From a virus (taxonomy: Duplodnaviria > Caudoviricetes), in the IMG/VR virus record IMGVR_UViG_3300013132_003595, positions 1 to 31,635 of that record: a stretch of 31,635 bases of DNA. One strand, given 5' to 3'. The position numbers and the translations under genes were made by a program. Shown here piece after piece: positions 1 through 9,489 of this stretch (position 1 is the first letter of the stretch; every line of letters begins with the position of its first letter). The notes under the pieces were generated by a model. The model was not told the origin of the DNA and ran no database searches. It worked only from the letters and a program-made list of their open reading frames with translations.

Positions 1-935
1 TGTTTAATTATATCATAACTGTCTGTTGGTGGTGTAACTGATTTCAAACTTGAAAAATCCTTGAAACCCATTTCATTTATATCTTTACTTTGCATTTGAA
101 CTATTGATACATTTATACCTTCTGAAAGAAGTGACGAAGATATTTTTATGGCATCCGAATAAGCATCATTATCAAGTGCAACAATTATTTTCGGTGGTTT
201 ACGCAACAAAATTCTTTCTCGAAGTTTTGGTTGAATTATTTTGCCGAATAGTGGAACTGCATTATATCTGGCAGTAATTGCATCGAATACACCTTCAACA
301 AGTGTAACCGGTTCATCCCAATCAATAAAACAATCAAATCCAATAACATCTTTACTCCATTTTGGATTTTTATATTTTAATGTGTCTTCTTCAAAGATAG
401 AACGAGAAACAAAAAAGTTTAGATTAAAATTTTCATCATAGGATGGGACAATAATTCTGCCAGAGTAACTACCATTAGGGCAATAACCAATCCCATAACG
501 CAATATATCTGTTCTACCAATTCCTCTTAATTTCAAATAATTTAATGCTTGTTTCATTTGCATTTTTACTTGAATGTCTTTTATCTTTGGGTATTCGTAT
601 AAACGGATAAATTCTTTTGGCAAGACCAATTCTTCTTTTGTTTCGGTTTTATTTTTTATGTATAGATTTTTGGTTTTAAGGATTTTGTTAAGGTCATCGA
701 GGTATTGTTTACCAGCTTTTACTTTTTTGAATAGTGAAACTATACTTCTACCTTTAGCATTACTAACCCAACAATGCCAAGGATTTTCACCGTTATTGTT
801 TACGGTTAAATCTATTTCAAGTTTTGGTTTGTAATGACTGATGAAAGGTGAAAAGAACGAATAGTTGTTGCCAGATGTTCTTCTGCCTTTACCCAAAACT
901 TTTTCTATGAGAGATAACAAATCGTAATTTATCAT
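1..935 (-). CDS. DNA primase (TOPRIM domain), 3' end outside the window
   Basis: Not in the ORF track because no stop lies in the window. Translated by hand from ATG at 935: MINYDLLSLIEKVLGKG...SPFISHYKPKLEI...WHCWVS...YLKLRGI...YGIGYC...GRIIVPSYD...FFVSR...KYKNP...LVEGVFDAI...IVALDND. The EGxxD and DxD TOPRIM motifs and the primase core motifs are clear. Confidence 0.9.
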   Translation of the reverse strand, partial: MINYDLLSLIEKVLGKGRRTSGNNYSFFSPFISHYKPKLEIDLTVNNNGENPWHCWVSNAKGRSIVSLFKKVKAGKQYLDDLNKILKTKNLYIKNKTETKEELVLPKEFIRLYEYPKIKDIQVKMQMKQALNYLKLRGIGRTDILRYGIGYCPNGSYSGRIIVPSYDENFNLNFFVSRSIFEEDTLKYKNPKWSKDVIGFDCFIDWDEPVTLVEGVFDAITARYNAVPLFGKIIQPKLRERILLRKPPKIIVALDNDAYSDAIKISSSLLSEGINVSIVQMQSKDINEMGFKDFSSLKSVTPPTDSYDIIK

Positions 936-960
936 AACCACACTTTACGGAAAATAATAC

Positions 961-991
961 TTGTAACAAATATAAGAAAAATTTGTTACAA
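961..991. repeat. Perfect 11-bp inverted repeat with a 9-nt loop, between the endonuclease and primase genes
   Basis: ttgtaacaaat (961-971) / ataagaaaa / atttgttacaa (981-991). It begins immediately after the endonuclease stop codon. Confidence 0.85.
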
Positions 992-997
992 TTACAA
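967..997 (-). promoter_or_regulatory. Putative Bacteroidota-type primary-sigma promoter upstream of primase
   Basis: Minus strand reads TTG (997-995), 20 nt, TATATTTG (974-967). This matches the -33 TTG / -7 TAnnTTTG consensus, about 30 nt upstream of the primase ATG. Confidence 0.6.
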
Positions 998-1399
998 GCA
1001 TTCTTTTAACCATTCCTCTGGTATTTCTTTTTTTGCCCAACGCCACCCTTTCTTATCACAGTATTGAGCATAGGTTGTTTTACTACCCTTGTATAATTTA
1101 GCATTCGGATTTTGAAATACAAAACGAATATCTATATCAGGATATTGTTGGAATATCAAATCAAAACGCAGTCGATCCGTTTTTACCCAGCGGCCTTTTG
1201 TTTCCAGATACATTTTTCCACCATCAATTTTGTTTAGCACAAAATCTGGAGTATAATTGTGTTTGGTCTCAGGTTGTATGTAGGATATTTTTTCACTTTC
1301 GTAGGAGAATGATTTACCGTTTTCTTTCAACATATCATTTACAGTATCTTCCAATCCACTACGAAACCCGTGTTTTATTGCAACTTGATTTCTACGCAT
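992..1399 (-). CDS. T7 endonuclease I-like Holliday junction resolvase (PD-(D/E)xK fold)
   Basis: FRSGLE...YTPDF...ETKGRW...DIRFVFQN...KLYKGSKTTYAQYCDKKG...IPEEWL closely follows T7 gp3. Start placed at ATG 1399, 1 nt after the upstream stop, rather than 1411. Confidence 0.92.
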   Translation of the reverse strand: MRRNQVAIKHGFRSGLEDTVNDMLKENGKSFSYESEKISYIQPETKHNYTPDFVLNKIDGGKMYLETKGRWVKTDRLRFDLIFQQYPDIDIRFVFQNPNAKLYKGSKTTYAQYCDKKGWRWAKKEIPEEWLKECL

Positions 1400-1400
1400 A

Positions 1401-3128
1401 TTACATATCAAATCTTATTATTACATTCATATCAACATCGTCTCTTTTTTCCAAAGGATTTGCTAACTTAGCAACAGCAAGAAGATTACTGTCATCGTCA
1501 TATAAACCAACTGATGTAATATAAGGATTAAAATATGATGATGTTACATAGTTTTCCAAATCATGTGAAAATGCCGCCTTATCAATTCGTATTGATGGAT
1601 TTTGTGTAAAATTAAATTCATTTCTTTTTATCTTACAAATTATTTCATATTCATAAAAAGTAACAGTTGAACGGAATTGACCTCTAAATCCATTTGCTAT
1701 TCCATTGTAATCAAAGTTTCCAGTTTGACCTAAAAAGGCATTAGCATATTTTGGTCTTGGATCCGATATTACAAAAAATCCAGTTCCATAAAAAACATTT
1801 CCAACTCTTGACGTTTGATATGCATATCCTGCATCCAAAGTATTTTGATATAGATACGGTATTTTTTCTGATGAAATTGCTGTATTGTATATTCGTATTT
1901 CATCCATTGAACCGTGGAAGAAACTAGCAGTATTTGGACTACCACCTATAAAAAATGCATTTTCATTACCAACATCCAAATCAATAGATGTTGTTACCTC
2001 TCCATTTAGTGTTCCGTTTAACCAAATTTGATAAACACTTCCTGTTTTTTGACAGACAATATGAGACCATTGATCAGTTGGTAAAACGGTTGAATTTACT
2101 TCAACTGTTTGAAAAATAGAACTTTGTTTGAATGATATTTTACCAGAATTAGCAGAATATGCATTATTGTAAAATATATCAAATGGATATTGTTTTGATT
2201 CTTTTTCAGTTTCATCAAAACTGTGATTTAATGTAATATCATTTACGGTGTATATTTTTCTTATTAAATTTTTATTGAACAGATAATTTTTTCCATTTAA
2301 TCCAGTTCCTTGTTCTGCCGTTGGATTTATCCAAAAACTGAATGCAAAGTCTTGTCTTTTATTGAAATTTAGATTTACAGTCGAATTAACTTTTAAGTAT
2401 GAACCGCTAAAATAAGCACCAACACCTGTTGAAGTTGCCGAACCAGATAGGGGTATTCCTGGAACATAAGTAATTTTTTTTGTATTGTATAAACTTACTA
2501 CATTTCTGTGAGGTGACATATCCAATACATAATCAAGTTTATTATTCTTCATATTGTATTCACGATACTTTTCGTTAAATCCAACATATAACAAACAATT
2601 TCCTGCATTTACAAATTTATCTTCGTCAAATGTTGTATCTCTTAAATTACCTGCACCATCATCTACTAAATTATATTCATATGGTGAACCATAATGTGAT
2701 AAACTAACGGAACTCTTTTTTATACCTTCACCAAATACACCAACTGGAATCATAAACAATGATGCTGATTCTGCAAGATATGTAATTTGATCATCAGCCG
2801 TAATAAAAGATGGTTGTTTTTCACTTTTATATTCTGTATAATAATTGTGGTCTAAATAATACCATAGTATTTTTGGATCTAAACTTTGTGTTGTAAACAC
2901 TCTTTCATATAAGGAAGATGATATATTTGCAACATTTCCAAAATACTTATGGTTTTCTGGATAATAAGCACGATAAACTTTTATACCAAAGTTATCCAAA
3001 TACTCTACTTCCGGCATATAAGATGAAAATTTCCAAATCTTATTAACTTCAAAAGGGCGAATTGTAAAATCACCTGCTTTTAATTGTTTATGTGTAAAAC
3101 TTAAATTATTTGCTTTTTGAAATGACAT
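1401..3128 (-). CDS. Baseplate/fibre-associated protein with a LamG/concanavalin-A-like domain and the shared C-terminal module (paralog 5)
   Basis: LamG motifs FSFWINP, WSHIVCQK...IWLNG and FHGSMDEIRIYNTAIS. C-terminus PYITSVGLYDDDSNLLAVAKLANP...VIIRFD. Confidence 0.75.
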   Translation of the reverse strand: MSFQKANNLSFTHKQLKAGDFTIRPFEVNKIWKFSSYMPEVEYLDNFGIKVYRAYYPENHKYFGNVANISSSLYERVFTTQSLDPKILWYYLDHNYYTEYKSEKQPSFITADDQITYLAESASLFMIPVGVFGEGIKKSSVSLSHYGSPYEYNLVDDGAGNLRDTTFDEDKFVNAGNCLLYVGFNEKYREYNMKNNKLDYVLDMSPHRNVVSLYNTKKITYVPGIPLSGSATSTGVGAYFSGSYLKVNSTVNLNFNKRQDFAFSFWINPTAEQGTGLNGKNYLFNKNLIRKIYTVNDITLNHSFDETEKESKQYPFDIFYNNAYSANSGKISFKQSSIFQTVEVNSTVLPTDQWSHIVCQKTGSVYQIWLNGTLNGEVTTSIDLDVGNENAFFIGGSPNTASFFHGSMDEIRIYNTAISSEKIPYLYQNTLDAGYAYQTSRVGNVFYGTGFFVISDPRPKYANAFLGQTGNFDYNGIANGFRGQFRSTVTFYEYEIICKIKRNEFNFTQNPSIRIDKAAFSHDLENYVTSSYFNPYITSVGLYDDDSNLLAVAKLANPLEKRDDVDMNVIIRFDM

Positions 3129-3129
3129 A

Positions 3130-4410
3130 TCAATTTAACCTTAATCTAACTTGAATTATGTGCTCTTCATTTGGTTTTTTTCGTATTGGTCTTGGTAATT
3201 TTCCAATAGCAATCAATTCATAATTATCGTTATACAAACCAACACTTGTTATGTATGTTATCGGAAAATCTACAAATGATTCATATTTGAAATGACCATG
3301 ACTTCCAGATAAATAAGTATAATTGTTACTATAATTAAATTCATATTCTCTTAATCTACAAAAATAAGTTTGTGTTTTAACTTCTTCTGATGCCCTAGCA
3401 TACCAAGAACCAGTAACATTTCTATTTGTTGTAGTATTACACGAAGCACTTATGGACATAAAAAATTTGTGTATATTATCACCAGCAATCGATGCAGTTA
3501 CAGTATTTAAGGAACAAGATTGATCCAATACCACACCATCCAAAACAATGATGCCCTTTTTAGGAAAGATTATACCCCAAGCATCATCAGTATCTTCACC
3601 ATATTTACCATCATTCAATGAACCAGATACCAAATAATAATACTCTCTTAATTCTTTTCTTAATGTATTTACATCTGCTAAATCTTCGGAATCATCTATC
3701 AATGTGTAAATTTGAGAAGAAGTTGGATGCGGATAGAAATTACTTCCAGTATTATACAATTGATTTGCACTTGATGAAATTGGAGCAAGTGTTATTTGTA
3801 TATTTCCTGGATCAATTAACTCTGGATAAAGATTTCTATTGAAATTTATTGCATAAAAATAATCACCATTTTTTCCATTCTTAAATGGTATCTTTTCAGT
3901 TGTTGTATGAAAATACTCCATCAAATAATTTTTGTAAATAATCTTTGATGGATGTATTGTTGTATGTTGATCTAAAGTTTGTTTTGATCCTGAGCCGTTT
4001 GTGTGTCCATAAGTAATATCAAACATAAAATTATCATCTTGTTCGCCCTCTTTGTTTGATAATACTCGTAAGAAATAATTACTGTCACCGAATGTGGATG
4101 AAGTATGAAATGTATTTAATTTTTCTCCGTCACAGGGGAAAAGACCTTTCTTTCTATACTTTTTTTGCACAATAGAAAAGTCTCTCGGTGACTTAAATTT
4201 CTTAAATGATCTTGATTTTAACGCCGTTAATGGAACAGGAGGAGGAGCAGGTGCAGATTGTGGTCTTTGCATTAAAAAAGTAACCACTTCATTATTTACT
4301 ACTGCACGGTATTTATCTTTTGACGGAAATCCATTTGCTATTTGAAAATCAATATAGCCCCTTAACATTTCCAAAACTTGCTTATTTATTTCAAAACTTA
4401 ATACTTTCAT
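3130..4410 (-). CDS. Baseplate/fibre-associated protein, paralog 4 of the shared ~330 aa domain
   Basis: GLF...FHTSS...FDITYGH..GSGS...DPGNIQI...TLIDDS...VSGSL...WGIIFP..GIIVLDG...YFCR...FNYSNN...YITSVGLYNDNYELIAIGKLPRPI. Confidence 0.7.
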   Translation of the reverse strand: MKVLSFEINKQVLEMLRGYIDFQIANGFPSKDKYRAVVNNEVVTFLMQRPQSAPAPPPVPLTALKSRSFKKFKSPRDFSIVQKKYRKKGLFPCDGEKLNTFHTSSTFGDSNYFLRVLSNKEGEQDDNFMFDITYGHTNGSGSKQTLDQHTTIHPSKIIYKNYLMEYFHTTTEKIPFKNGKNGDYFYAINFNRNLYPELIDPGNIQITLAPISSSANQLYNTGSNFYPHPTSSQIYTLIDDSEDLADVNTLRKELREYYYLVSGSLNDGKYGEDTDDAWGIIFPKKGIIVLDGVVLDQSCSLNTVTASIAGDNIHKFFMSISASCNTTTNRNVTGSWYARASEEVKTQTYFCRLREYEFNYSNNYTYLSGSHGHFKYESFVDFPITYITSVGLYNDNYELIAIGKLPRPIRKKPNEEHIIQVRLRLN

Positions 4411-4411
4411 A

Positions 4412-4855
4412 TCATTCTATCAAAATTGTTGATACAATAGTTGGCACATTAGCAGTAAGTTTGAATAACTCCGCCAATCTAGCTCTTTCTTGAATTAAAA
4501 TAGCACGAAGTTCTGGAGTAACTGTAACGCCAGTTGGTGTTGTTTGTAATGTTTCTGCCTCCAATATGAATGGAAGTTTTTTTACTTGTTCTGGTAATAA
4601 AACATTTGTTAAATTATTAAGATTTGCCAATGCTTGTTCTATTTTTGTTCTTTGTGTTAATGCAAGTGCACTTGGATTTGCATTTATCATCTCATAAAAC
4701 AATATAGAATTTACACCACCGTTATTATCAATATCTAAAATTTTTCTAAAAATATCAATAGCAATTTCACGTGCAGTTTTATTATCAATAACAGTAGGAT
4801 AATCCCCAATCATAGAGCCAGATAGAGCAGTTATTATTTCGGATTCTGTTATCAT
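4412..4855 (-). CDS. Hypothetical helical protein within the paralog array
   Basis: 147 aa ORF separated from both neighbours by 1-nt spacers. No recognisable family. Confidence 0.7.
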   Translation of the reverse strand: MITESEIITALSGSMIGDYPTVIDNKTAREIAIDIFRKILDIDNNGGVNSILFYEMINANPSALALTQRTKIEQALANLNNLTNVLLPEQVKKLPFILEAETLQTTPTGVTVTPELRAILIQERARLAELFKLTANVPTIVSTILIE

Positions 4856-4856
4856 A

Positions 4857-7800
4857 TTACCAATTCAAACGAATTTTTATTAAAACATCATTTTCTTTCG
4901 ATTTCTTTATTGGTTTACTTAATTTTGCAACCGCAATCAATTCTTTTTTGGTGTTATACAAACCAATTGTTGTAATATATGACATTGGATTGTCTACAAA
5001 ACAAGTATTTTTTATTTTACCCTTTTCTACTCCAGAATCGATAGTATATGTTGGATTATTACTATAATTTGCCTCACCGGATGGTATTCTTACAAAATAA
5101 TGATTTGTTGTTTTGAACTTAACATTACGAGCACGCATTGGTTTACCAACAACAGCAGCACCACTTATAGCAGTAAATAATTTCCAAGAATTGTCTCCTG
5201 CAATACTACTACCACTAACAGAATTAAATGATGCAGAAACATTTAATTTACTTCCATCCAATACAATAACGCCTAAATTTGGATATACTTTACCGTATGT
5301 TGTTAATACTGGATTTTCTTGTAAACTTCCTGTTCCACTTGAATGAATACCGTTTGCCAATGAACCACTAACTATATCATAATAATAATTAGGATCTTCA
5401 TTTGCACAAACATCTTCATCTTCAAAGATTGCAGAATTGTCTATTAGTGATAATACGTTTGGTGTTGATCCTGAAACTTTAACATTACTTCCAGTGTGAA
5501 CGTTGTTAGCAATACCACTTCCACTTAATTCTGCAAAATTTATTTCAAAGTTACCAATATCAAGTTTATCACTCAATCCGTTTCTGTAAAAGTTTATTAC
5601 ATAAATGTCATCTGGAGTTTTTAGTGAACCAGAATCATAGAATGTAAAATACTTTTCATTTGGATCCAATGTTAATAATCTATATTGTGAATAAATGGCA
5701 CGACTTGGACTATCATTATATTCGTAACCACTTGCAACAGAACCAGAACCTTTCCAATTACCATAAGCAAGTGCAAAGTATGCATTTTCAGAACAGTTAT
5801 CACAATCGGTTACTTCATAATAATAATCTTTTGAAGCCGGATTTTGATTTGATGATGTATGAACACAGTCTAATGATTGTGATAAATTGAATAAACCTTT
5901 AATAGATTTTTTACGCAATCCTGGTAAAATATCAGTTCCATATAAAAATGGATGATGTAGTCTACCTATTCCAGTTCCTTCAAAACAATCTACCTTTTCT
6001 CTACGGTTTGTTGTTAATTCTTGTCCAATTGTTAAACCATAAGCAGCACCAGGTGATTCTGGTTCTGGTGCAGGAAATGATTGATCCAATTCTTCTTGTT
6101 GTGGAAATTCGGATTTTTGTCCTGTTAGAGGATCGGTATACGATACTGCATCATATACCAAATAATGAGTCAATACTTCAACTTCATCACAACCACATGG
6201 ATTATCTGTATCAACTCTCCATGTAGAAACTACTCTTTTTTGTGGAACACAAGTTGGACTCTTTTTTCTTTGAACAGATGAATAACTTGAAAAATAAACA
6301 CCTGGTTCGCCAGAAAAATTAGGTATAATTGGCACTACTTCATCAACAGTTGTATAATAATAACCATCTACTGTTGTTAATAATTTACCGTTCAAATCGG
6401 TTGAAGCACCAGAATTTGGTCTTGCCAAATAACTGGTTATCCACTTATTAGTTTCTGTTCCTGGATTTCTATAATTTATTTCTACTTTACCAACGCCAGG
6501 TTTATTACAGAAAATCTTGAATGGAACTCTTTTTTGTCTTTTTATTCCCCATTGAAAATCAGTTTTAATACCTTCTAAACATGATTGACCTGGTATTTCG
6601 GCAACCAAATTTGTTGTAGAATTTTTCATAGGTGTTAAACCGTTTTGTAACAGTCTAACAAATTCAGGAGAATTTCTATTACCGCGTAATATATCTACTA
6701 TTTTTCCGGTTACTTCACCGCCGGTAGTTTCTGTTATTAAACTTCGTATCGCTTCTGGATAAAATGATTCCTTTGGATTTTGATAATCAGCAACATATTC
6801 CCACATAAATCCTCTAACAGATGCAGATTCTTCATAGTAAGGTGCAGAGCAATCTACTGATTTTGCAATTCTAAACTTCCAACTTATTTTGCCGTAATAA
6901 GGATTTTGTGTATCAATGGTTTCACCATATTCATCACCACCTATCAATGTTGGTGTGTCTTGAGGTCCACCAGGTGTTGATGGTGTGTTTGGTTGATTTG
7001 GATCACCACCAACAACAGATCCCTTATTCTCTACTACTTCACGCAAACGTGAAGTTATTATGGAAGTAATTCCAGTAACAGCTGGGTATGATGTTGGTAA
7101 TTCCGATTGAACATTTGTGTTTAATTTTACATCATTGTATGTTATAGAACCGTAGTCAGTTCCACCCATGAAAAAGAAATTTTCTATAACATTCATTTCG
7201 GTATTATTTACAGTATCAGGATACCAAGCAATTGATGAATTTTGCCCAATAGGATATGTATAACCCTTTACTGGAAGTGGTAAACTCTCTATAAAACCAG
7301 TTGGTGGTGTTTTGCCGTCATAAAATGACGCATTTCTTAACATACCAGCGCTAAGACCCATTGTTGGACCATAGTTATCAACAAAACATGGTTTTGTATT
7401 TATCCCTTCAAGTTGATTTTTTATATTTTGATATACAGTTTCTTGTTTATTATTTATTTGAATTACAGATATTTCATCGAATATCTTTTTCATTATAGTT
7501 TGCATGTCATAGTAATACTCATACGTTATTTTACCAACCGATTTTCTTGGAGAATCAATTGTTTGTATTACTAAATTTCCCTCTGAATTTGGAGTTATAT
7601 TGTAATAAAGATTTGAATTTACTGTTGTAGTAAATACGGGTGATGGTGCCAAATTAGGACACGCAGCAAACATAGTTATTTCTAATCTAGGTGCATTTTT
7701 TATTACAAATCCAAAAAATGATTTTGTTGTAGGTTGTAATGGATCAAATGATTGTCTTATTCTAAAACTATATTTTGGATCACAATCACCAACAGTTACT

Positions 7801-8369
7801 CTACGACCAGTTATAGTTGGAGCAGCAGTAATTCCACCCGATGCTGCTTGTGAACCCTGTCCACCTTGAACCAAACCTCTTACTCCTCTATAAATAACAG
7901 CATCTGTTGTTGGTGAATTACTCCAATTTAACGGTTGACCAGACGGAGTATATTCTGGAATAATTTCTTCGGTAACACCATCATTATCATCGTCTCTACC
8001 AACATACCATATAGGTTGCAATGAGTTCAAATATACAGATGGAGTCCTGCCATTAAATGGAACATTTTGATTAGTTTCATTGAACCAATTTACATAAGGT
8101 TTATTTCCACTTGTTTCTTTTAGATACGCTTCATATATTTTGAACAAATAAAGAAAATTAGAATAAATGTCTCTTGTTCTACCAGCAGATAATAAAACTT
8201 CATCATTCATACTAAATTGTGGATCTTCAAGAGTTGCGGTTAATCTTTCAATATCCGTATCAAGTAGATCTATTGTTGTAATTATTTTATTTAGATCCTT
8301 TTCTCTTATTCCGGTCATTCCTTGATTTATTGATTGAACAAGAAGTGAACTCAAAAGTGGTTGATTCAT
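4857..8369 (-). CDS. Large virion protein: unique ~830 aa N-terminal region plus the shared C-terminal domain (paralog 3)
   Basis: The last ~350 aa align by eye with the 370/372 aa neighbours (DYYYEV, YG...GSGS, PSRAIYSQY, NNVHTGSNV, GDNSWKLFTAISGA, YITTIGLY...AVAKLSKPIKKS). SD-like TAAGGA upstream. Confidence 0.75.
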   Translation of the reverse strand: MNQPLLSSLLVQSINQGMTGIREKDLNKIITTIDLLDTDIERLTATLEDPQFSMNDEVLLSAGRTRDIYSNFLYLFKIYEAYLKETSGNKPYVNWFNETNQNVPFNGRTPSVYLNSLQPIWYVGRDDDNDGVTEEIIPEYTPSGQPLNWSNSPTTDAVIYRGVRGLVQGGQGSQAASGGITAAPTITGRRVTVGDCDPKYSFRIRQSFDPLQPTTKSFFGFVIKNAPRLEITMFAACPNLAPSPVFTTTVNSNLYYNITPNSEGNLVIQTIDSPRKSVGKITYEYYYDMQTIMKKIFDEISVIQINNKQETVYQNIKNQLEGINTKPCFVDNYGPTMGLSAGMLRNASFYDGKTPPTGFIESLPLPVKGYTYPIGQNSSIAWYPDTVNNTEMNVIENFFFMGGTDYGSITYNDVKLNTNVQSELPTSYPAVTGITSIITSRLREVVENKGSVVGGDPNQPNTPSTPGGPQDTPTLIGGDEYGETIDTQNPYYGKISWKFRIAKSVDCSAPYYEESASVRGFMWEYVADYQNPKESFYPEAIRSLITETTGGEVTGKIVDILRGNRNSPEFVRLLQNGLTPMKNSTTNLVAEIPGQSCLEGIKTDFQWGIKRQKRVPFKIFCNKPGVGKVEINYRNPGTETNKWITSYLARPNSGASTDLNGKLLTTVDGYYYTTVDEVVPIIPNFSGEPGVYFSSYSSVQRKKSPTCVPQKRVVSTWRVDTDNPCGCDEVEVLTHYLVYDAVSYTDPLTGQKSEFPQQEELDQSFPAPEPESPGAAYGLTIGQELTTNRREKVDCFEGTGIGRLHHPFLYGTDILPGLRKKSIKGLFNLSQSLDCVHTSSNQNPASKDYYYEVTDCDNCSENAYFALAYGNWKGSGSVASGYEYNDSPSRAIYSQYRLLTLDPNEKYFTFYDSGSLKTPDDIYVINFYRNGLSDKLDIGNFEINFAELSGSGIANNVHTGSNVKVSGSTPNVLSLIDNSAIFEDEDVCANEDPNYYYDIVSGSLANGIHSSGTGSLQENPVLTTYGKVYPNLGVIVLDGSKLNVSASFNSVSGSSIAGDNSWKLFTAISGAAVVGKPMRARNVKFKTTNHYFVRIPSGEANYSNNPTYTIDSGVEKGKIKNTCFVDNPMSYITTIGLYNTKKELIAVAKLSKPIKKSKENDVLIKIRLNW

Positions 8370-8380
8370 GTGAATTTTCC

Positions 8381-9484
8381 TTAATAGTCAAGTTTTACTT
8401 TAACAACAATTTCTCTGTCAAAAGACTTTTGTATTGGTTTACTTAATTTTGCAACCGCAACAAGATTATTTGAATCATCATACAAACCAATACTTGTAAT
8501 GTAAACCTTAGGATCCATAATCATACTTTCATATTTTAATACATTATTTTGATTAAAGAAACTTGGATTATTAGTATAGTTGTATTCATCAGAATATACC
8601 CTTACAAAATAATATGTTGATGCAACAACTTCACTTGTTCTACCTTGAAACGAGTATGAAGCAGTATTGTATGCCATTGCACCACTTATTGATGTAAACA
8701 ACCTATACGCACTATTATCACCGAAAAGACTTCCGGTGTAATTTTCAGTTGCAGATGTAACTCTACTTCGTGTGGTATAAAAAGATGCAGAAGCATCTAA
8801 TGCCTTACCGTTCAATACAATAATGCCGTGGTCTGGATAATAAAGTCCCCAAGGAGTTGAAGCATAAGAACCAGTGTGTTTACCGTTTGCCAATGTTCCA
8901 CTAACAACATTGTAAATTCTACCACCTTGAACAGTTAATTCTGTTGTTGTTATGCCAGAATCGTCAATAAGAGTTATTACATCGTCTGGTGTAGATATAG
9001 TACTACTTCCAGGAGAGTTTAATTTTGATAGAGAAAGTTGCCATGTGCTTGTGTCCATCCTATCTTTGTATCTTGAACGATTAACATTGACAATATAAAT
9101 GTGCTCTGATGTTTCAGATACAGTTCCATTTGTAAACTCAAATGCATTTATTCCAGAAGATAATAACATTTGTCTATATTGTGAATAAATTGCCTGTGTT
9201 GGATAATCATAATCTTGTGCACCATATGAACCAGTTGAAGATCCACTTCCTTTTGAGTCACCATATGTTACACTAAATTGAACTTCTGCACTTGGAAAAT
9301 TAGATTGACTGTTGTATACTTCATAAAAATATCTCTTTGTTCCATCAGACTGATCAGAAGAAGTAAAAGCTGTAAAAAGAGCAACATTATTTCCTGACCA
9401 TAATGGAGCTGTAACCAATTCTCTACGATTTCTTCCTATTGCATCGTTAGAAAATCTTTTTAATACAAAGGGTGTAGTAGCCAT
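8381..9484 (-). CDS. Baseplate/fibre-associated protein, paralog 2
   Basis: Same motif series, ending YITSIGLYDDSNNLVAVAKLSKPIQKSFDREIVVKVKLDY. Start placed at ATG 9484 (MATTP) with GGAG upstream; the ORF track uses TTG 9493. Confidence 0.75.
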   Translation of the reverse strand: MATTPFVLKRFSNDAIGRNRRELVTAPLWSGNNVALFTAFTSSDQSDGTKRYFYEVYNSQSNFPSAEVQFSVTYGDSKGSGSSTGSYGAQDYDYPTQAIYSQYRQMLLSSGINAFEFTNGTVSETSEHIYIVNVNRSRYKDRMDTSTWQLSLSKLNSPGSSTISTPDDVITLIDDSGITTTELTVQGGRIYNVVSGTLANGKHTGSYASTPWGLYYPDHGIIVLNGKALDASASFYTTRSRVTSATENYTGSLFGDNSAYRLFTSISGAMAYNTASYSFQGRTSEVVASTYYFVRVYSDEYNYTNNPSFFNQNNVLKYESMIMDPKVYITSIGLYDDSNNLVAVAKLSKPIQKSFDREIVVKVKLDY

Positions 9485-9489
9485 AACAA

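Noticed and set aside
3130-4855. 147 aa and 426 aa ORFs as a frameshifted single gene or pseudogene
   Set aside because: The junction has the same stop-T-ATG form as neighbouring genuine junctions and there is no evident slippery site.
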